The notes under the pieces were generated by a model that worked only from the letters and a program-made list of their open reading frames with translations, had not been told where the DNA came from and did no database searches. 42,746 nt of DNA from contig JBIKVN010000001.1 of NCBI GenBank assembly GCA_044356865.1, positions 1 to 42,746 on the forward strand, in the 5' to 3' direction. Both the position numbers and the translations under genes were made by a program. The stretch's first letter is position 1, and each line of letters begins with the position of its first letter. Below, piece by piece: positions 39,422 through 42,746 of the stretch. The stretch is from Phycisphaerales bacterium (GTDB lineage: Bacteria; Planctomycetota; Phycisphaerae; Phycisphaerales; SM1A02).

Positions 39422-41221
39422 TCAGCGCGGACCCGACACGGTGCGTTGGACCCCCGTGCGCGACGGCATCACCTTCGAGGTCGGTACCGGGGCGGAGGCC
39501 GGCTCGACGCCGAAGTGCTTCGCGATGGGTTCGTAGTACCGGCGCTTGGCGTCTTCGATGTTCCGGATGAACGCCCTCAGCACGGCCGGTTCCTTCCAGC
39601 GGGGATCGGCCGAGACGCTGTCACCGGCCGGAATCGACGGGTCGATGCGGACCCCGGACTTCACGATCAGTTGCCGCAAGGTCTTTCGCATCGTCGCGAC
39701 GCTGTGGCCGGGGATCTGGTCCTTGTCGTAGTGGGCAGCCAGCACCTGCATCGGGAACAGGTACCGATCCCAGACATAGACGCCGTCCGCCCCGGCCTGC
39801 TTCGCGGGAAGGACGATGCCTTCCTCGAACTCGGCGGGGCTGAGGGGAGGGACCGGGTTCGCGTCGTCGTTCGAGAGCGAGTTGTGCCAGGATATGACGG
39901 GGTACACCGGCAGGATCCGGCCGTGCTGTTCGCGGACTTTCCTCGCCACTTCCCGCGACAGTTCGACCGACCGGAAGGTCTGCCAATAGTTGGTGGTATG
40001 CGCCCCGAGGTCGGGTCGCTTCGGATCGATGTAGAAGATCGAGTCGACACCATTGATTTGCCCGGCGACACCGCGATAGAGCGAACTCGACCAGCGACGG
40101 AACTCATCCGTGTTGGCGAAGGGAAGCACCCGGGCCCCCAACTCCTGGGCCTTGGCGACGGCCTGCCCCGTGAGGCCTCCGGCATGCTCGAGGTTTCCCC
40201 AGGTGGCCGGGCCGTTGGGAACGGCTCGCGGATAGCACGTCGGGGTGAGCACATCGATGGACCGCGCCGCGAACCGGACGAGTTCCGGTGTGCCTGCGGT
40301 CGCAAGGTCGAAGTTTCGAAGGCGCTCCGCCGAAACCTGCCAGTGACCGCCGCCGAGCCGGCCATTCGGCACGGCAGTGGACGGATTGCCGTACAGGATC
40401 GGGTTCTGCGGGTCGTTCATCATCGAGCGGATCATGCCCACGCTTCCGTGGAGACCCGAGGCGAACGTGTTGGGGAACCCGTACAGCGCGAGCTTCGCCT
40501 TGGGATAGCGGGCCCTCAGCGTGTCATGGGCCTGCATCATCGAGGCCAGCATGCGGCGATTGCCGGGGCTCAGGGCGCCGGGCGCTTCCGGCTGCGTGAA
40601 GTCGACGATCCATCCTTCGTAGTCATTCAGGATGAAGCCGTCGAACTCGGCCGGCTTCGAGCCGAGTTCGTTCCACGACGAGTGGTCGCGAAGTCCAAGG
40701 TCCTTGTGGAAGAAGCGTGAGGGATCCCGTCGCCAGGCGGTGCCTTGCTCGGCGGCCTTGAGCGGGAAGTTCGCGAGATCCCAACCCGGAAAGTTCCGCT
40801 TGTGCTGTTCCAGCGCATCGCCCGTGAGCGCGGCTCCCTCCCGGTACTTCTGCAGGTCGGTGCCCGGACCGCTCGAGCCCGGATTGGACTGCACGTAAAA
40901 CTCCGAGACCTCCAGCGACATCCCGCGGTCCCGCAGCCAGCCGGCGAGACCGTCGGTCAGGAAGTAATTGGACCGCACGAAGATCGGGGGCATCCCAGTC
41001 CCGGCCGTTCGTTCACGAGCCGGAGCGGCGGGAAGAGTCCCGGTGAGCGGCTTCGCCGGGGCCACGGCACGCACCGGCGACGGCATCGCTGTCGGGGCGG
41101 CGGAGGTCTGACGATTCGTCCAGCCCGCGTTGATCAGGGGTTTGGTCGGGATCGATTGCCCCGTCGCCGCCGGGGAAAGCATCAGCGCGGCCGTCGCAAC
41201 GCACGTGGTCCATCGGTGCAT
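39422..41221 (-). CDS. secreted hypothetical protein with glycoside-hydrolase-like (TIM-barrel type) motifs, 599 aa
   Basis: ATG 41221 is preceded by GAGG; the alternative ATG is at 41233. Signal peptide MHRWTTCVATAALMLSPAATGQ, then a Pro/Ala-rich linker. Ordered motifs: FDGFILNDYEGW, LALYGFPNT, VLTPTCYP, ILPVYPVISW, AGADGVYVWD. I recognise no named family with confidence. Confidence 0.7.
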   Translation of the reverse strand: MHRWTTCVATAALMLSPAATGQSIPTKPLINAGWTNRQTSAAPTAMPSPVRAVAPAKPLTGTLPAAPARERTAGTGMPPIFVRSNYFLTDGLAGWLRDRGMSLEVSEFYVQSNPGSSGPGTDLQKYREGAALTGDALEQHKRNFPGWDLANFPLKAAEQGTAWRRDPSRFFHKDLGLRDHSSWNELGSKPAEFDGFILNDYEGWIVDFTQPEAPGALSPGNRRMLASMMQAHDTLRARYPKAKLALYGFPNTFASGLHGSVGMIRSMMNDPQNPILYGNPSTAVPNGRLGGGHWQVSAERLRNFDLATAGTPELVRFAARSIDVLTPTCYPRAVPNGPATWGNLEHAGGLTGQAVAKAQELGARVLPFANTDEFRRWSSSLYRGVAGQINGVDSIFYIDPKRPDLGAHTTNYWQTFRSVELSREVARKVREQHGRILPVYPVISWHNSLSNDDANPVPPLSPAEFEEGIVLPAKQAGADGVYVWDRYLFPMQVLAAHYDKDQIPGHSVATMRKTLRQLIVKSGVRIDPSIPAGDSVSADPRWKEPAVLRAFIRNIEDAKRRYYEPIAKHFGVEPASAPVPTSKVMPSRTGVQRTVSGPR

Positions 41222-41436
41222 GGGGAACCTCATCGGACTTTCAATCTCGCAATTCCATCTCCCATCGGCCCGGTAGCCGGCCGGGATTGGCAGTTTCCCT
41301 CTCGGGCTGCGCCGCCTGTACCGGTTGGCCGATGGCGCCCGGTCCCGCTCCGGCGGCCCGCTTCCGGAAGCCTGCCATCGAAACACCGTATGCTGCGTAC
41401 AAGGTGTTCCGAACCCCCCCTCATGTGGAGCGGACC

Positions 41437-42378
41437 GTGCCTCGAACCCAGATCACCGGCCCCTTTTCCCGCCTTCTTGCCCATCGGTCCAGCCGCGGCA
41501 TGTCCCTCGTCGAGATCCTCGCGGTGGTCGCGATCATCGCGGTCCTGATCGCCATTTTGCTGCCAGGACTGGCCGTGGTCCGCCGGAACGCGATCTGGGC
41601 GAACAGCCAGAGCAATCTCCGGAACATCCACACGTTTCTCGCCGCCTACGCCCAGGCCAACCGCGAGACGATCATTCCGACCGGTTTCGACTTCTCCTCG
41701 CAATCCGCGGACCCGCGGGTCCGGGTTCGGACCCCGTCGCCCCCCGGGACCGCCATGCCGGTCGGACCGGAGCGGGTGGGATCCTGGACCGACATCATGT
41801 GGATGGATGCGAAGCTGGGGCCGTACGTGAACCTGTCCATGAACGACGAGGGGACGGGCCAGAACTCCAGTTACGACTACGCCTTCGACTCCCCGGATCG
41901 AGTCTTTTATGAGAGCAACGAAGGGTACGCCGGGAACGTTTTGCGTTCCGCGGCCGAGAACACCAACTTTGCCGGCACTTCCACCTCGGAAGCCTGGCCT
42001 TTCGGCACAGGATCGCGTGAGAACGAGAAGACCCAGCCGGGATACTTCGCCGGCAATCCCTTCTTCGACCAGCGTCCTGAGGGGTTCAACCCCGGCAAAT
42101 GGTGGTCCACGGGCCAGATCGTTCGTCCGGTCCAATCGGTCTACTGCCTCGATTCCTACGGCGGGGAGGTCTTTCCGGTGGTCGGCGACTCGGCCCAGCC
42201 CAATACTTTCGCCCTTCCCGCCGTTGATTATCGGTATGTCGGCCAAGTCTGCCTGATGCTGTTCCTCGATGGGCATGTGTCGAGCGAGTCCGAGTTCGAG
42301 ACGCTCCGCGAGCTTGAGGAAGAACGCCAGATTCGCCTTCTGGACCTTGACCAGCGGAAGCCGTTCTACCCCCTGTGA
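41437..42378 (+). CDS. DUF1559 / prepilin-type N-terminal cleavage-methylation domain protein (pseudopilin-like)
   Basis: Class III signal RG|MSLVEILAVVAIIAVLIAILLPGL with Glu at +5. The C-terminal LFLDGHVSS motif is typical of the PVC H-X9-DG/DUF1559 family. I chose GTG 41437 (GGAG 6 nt upstream), but the ORF is open from 41287, so the start is uncertain. Confidence 0.8.
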   Translation: MPRTQITGPFSRLLAHRSSRGMSLVEILAVVAIIAVLIAILLPGLAVVRRNAIWANSQSNLRNIHTFLAAYAQANRETIIPTGFDFSSQSADPRVRVRTPSPPGTAMPVGPERVGSWTDIMWMDAKLGPYVNLSMNDEGTGQNSSYDYAFDSPDRVFYESNEGYAGNVLRSAAENTNFAGTSTSEAWPFGTGSRENEKTQPGYFAGNPFFDQRPEGFNPGKWWSTGQIVRPVQSVYCLDSYGGEVFPVVGDSAQPNTFALPAVDYRYVGQVCLMLFLDGHVSSESEFETLRELEEERQIRLLDLDQRKPFYPL

Positions 42379-42465
42379 CGAGCCGGGTCGTCCTCGGAAC
42401 CCATCCCGAACTCGTCCCCAACCCTTGCCTTCGGGGGGCAACTCGGTATGCTTTCCGCTCTTGAC

Positions 42466-42489
42466 ACCGTCCCGCGAGGGACGGTTTTT
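42466..42489 (+). terminator. Rho-independent terminator downstream of the DUF1559 gene
   Basis: ACCGTCCC (42466-42473), loop GCGA, GGGACGGT (42478-42485), followed by TTTT. It lies 88 nt after the stop codon. Confidence 0.55.
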
Positions 42490-42620
42490 CATCGGGGCTC
42501 CGGTTCTCGCTCGATCGAGCGGATCCGTCGCCCGATGCCTCGCCCTGCCGACGCTGGCGAGGACCGAAGCCCGAGTCGGCGCGCGGCGGGAGACGCGCGG
42601 GTGGGACGGTTCATCTCAAC

Positions 42621-42692
42621 GCCACCGTAGCTCAGTGGTAGAGCACACCCTTGGTAAGGGTGAGGTCGTGGGTTCAAGTCCCATCGGTGGCT
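42621..42692 (+). tRNA. tRNA-Thr (anticodon GGU)
   Basis: A cloverleaf can be folded by hand: acceptor GCCACCG/CGGTGGC, D-arm GCTC-AGTGGTA-GAGC, anticodon arm CACCC-TTGGTAA-GGGTG (GGT at 42653-42655), T-arm GTGGG-TTCAAGT-CCCAT. No CCA is encoded. Confidence 0.95.
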
Positions 42693-42746
42693 TTCGCGGC
42701 GCGAACCCGTCGCGATCACTCGAAACAGACGGAGAACTCAATGGCG

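Noticed and set aside
42741-42746. ATGGCG at the window edge, preceded by GGAGA. It could be the start of tuf, since tRNA-Thr(GGU) precedes tufB in E. coli.
   Set aside because: Only two codons are visible, so no call can be supported from this window.

Overview
High-GC bacterial chromosomal segment. Hand counts give about 44/60 G+C in typical coding lines. I call 31 protein-coding genes and one tRNA. I found no CRISPR array, IS element, transposase, integrase or recognisable defence gene. Several families suggest a PVC-superphylum (Planctomycetota-like) host, but that is inference only: a DUF1559 prepilin-type protein, a PVC-type membrane-bound-dehydrogenase/CxxCH heme protein, and GH29 and PA14 modules. 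Layout, left to right: (1) a metallophosphoesterase fragment, then yidC-mnmE coupled by a GTGA overlap. (2) A GH29 alpha-L-fucosidase with a PA14 tail, plus an EamA transporter. (3) A standalone B12-binding-domain protein with a clear terminator. (4) A minus-strand array of yceI, a polytopic membrane protein, a degenerate GH29-like/F5-8C/PA14 protein, xylA and an HD protein. (5) A 0.66 kb ORF-free, low-GC intergenic region with phased short repeats. (6) A 1246-aa heme-binding HEAT-repeat protein carrying an internal PA14-like module. (7) A compositionally atypical parB with no parA and two identical parS palindromes. (8) A Wzx/Wzy-type glycan locus: a UDP-HexNAc dehydrogenase, four GT4s, a GT2-acetyltransferase fusion, a second WcaF-like acetyltransferase, gmd, fcl, an AsnB-type amidotransferase and an FkbM methyltransferase. 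This locus is physically interrupted by cysS-coaE-rho. (9) A secreted 599-aa protein with glycoside-hydrolase-like motifs, a DUF1559 pseudopilin-like protein and tRNA-Thr(GGU). The most interesting items are the parS/parB island, the low-GC repeat-bearing intergenic region, the pseudo-fucosidase and recurring PA14 modules, the candidate novel glycanase and the composition of the glycan locus. The many long ORFs on opposite or alternative frames are high-GC shadow ORFs and were not called.
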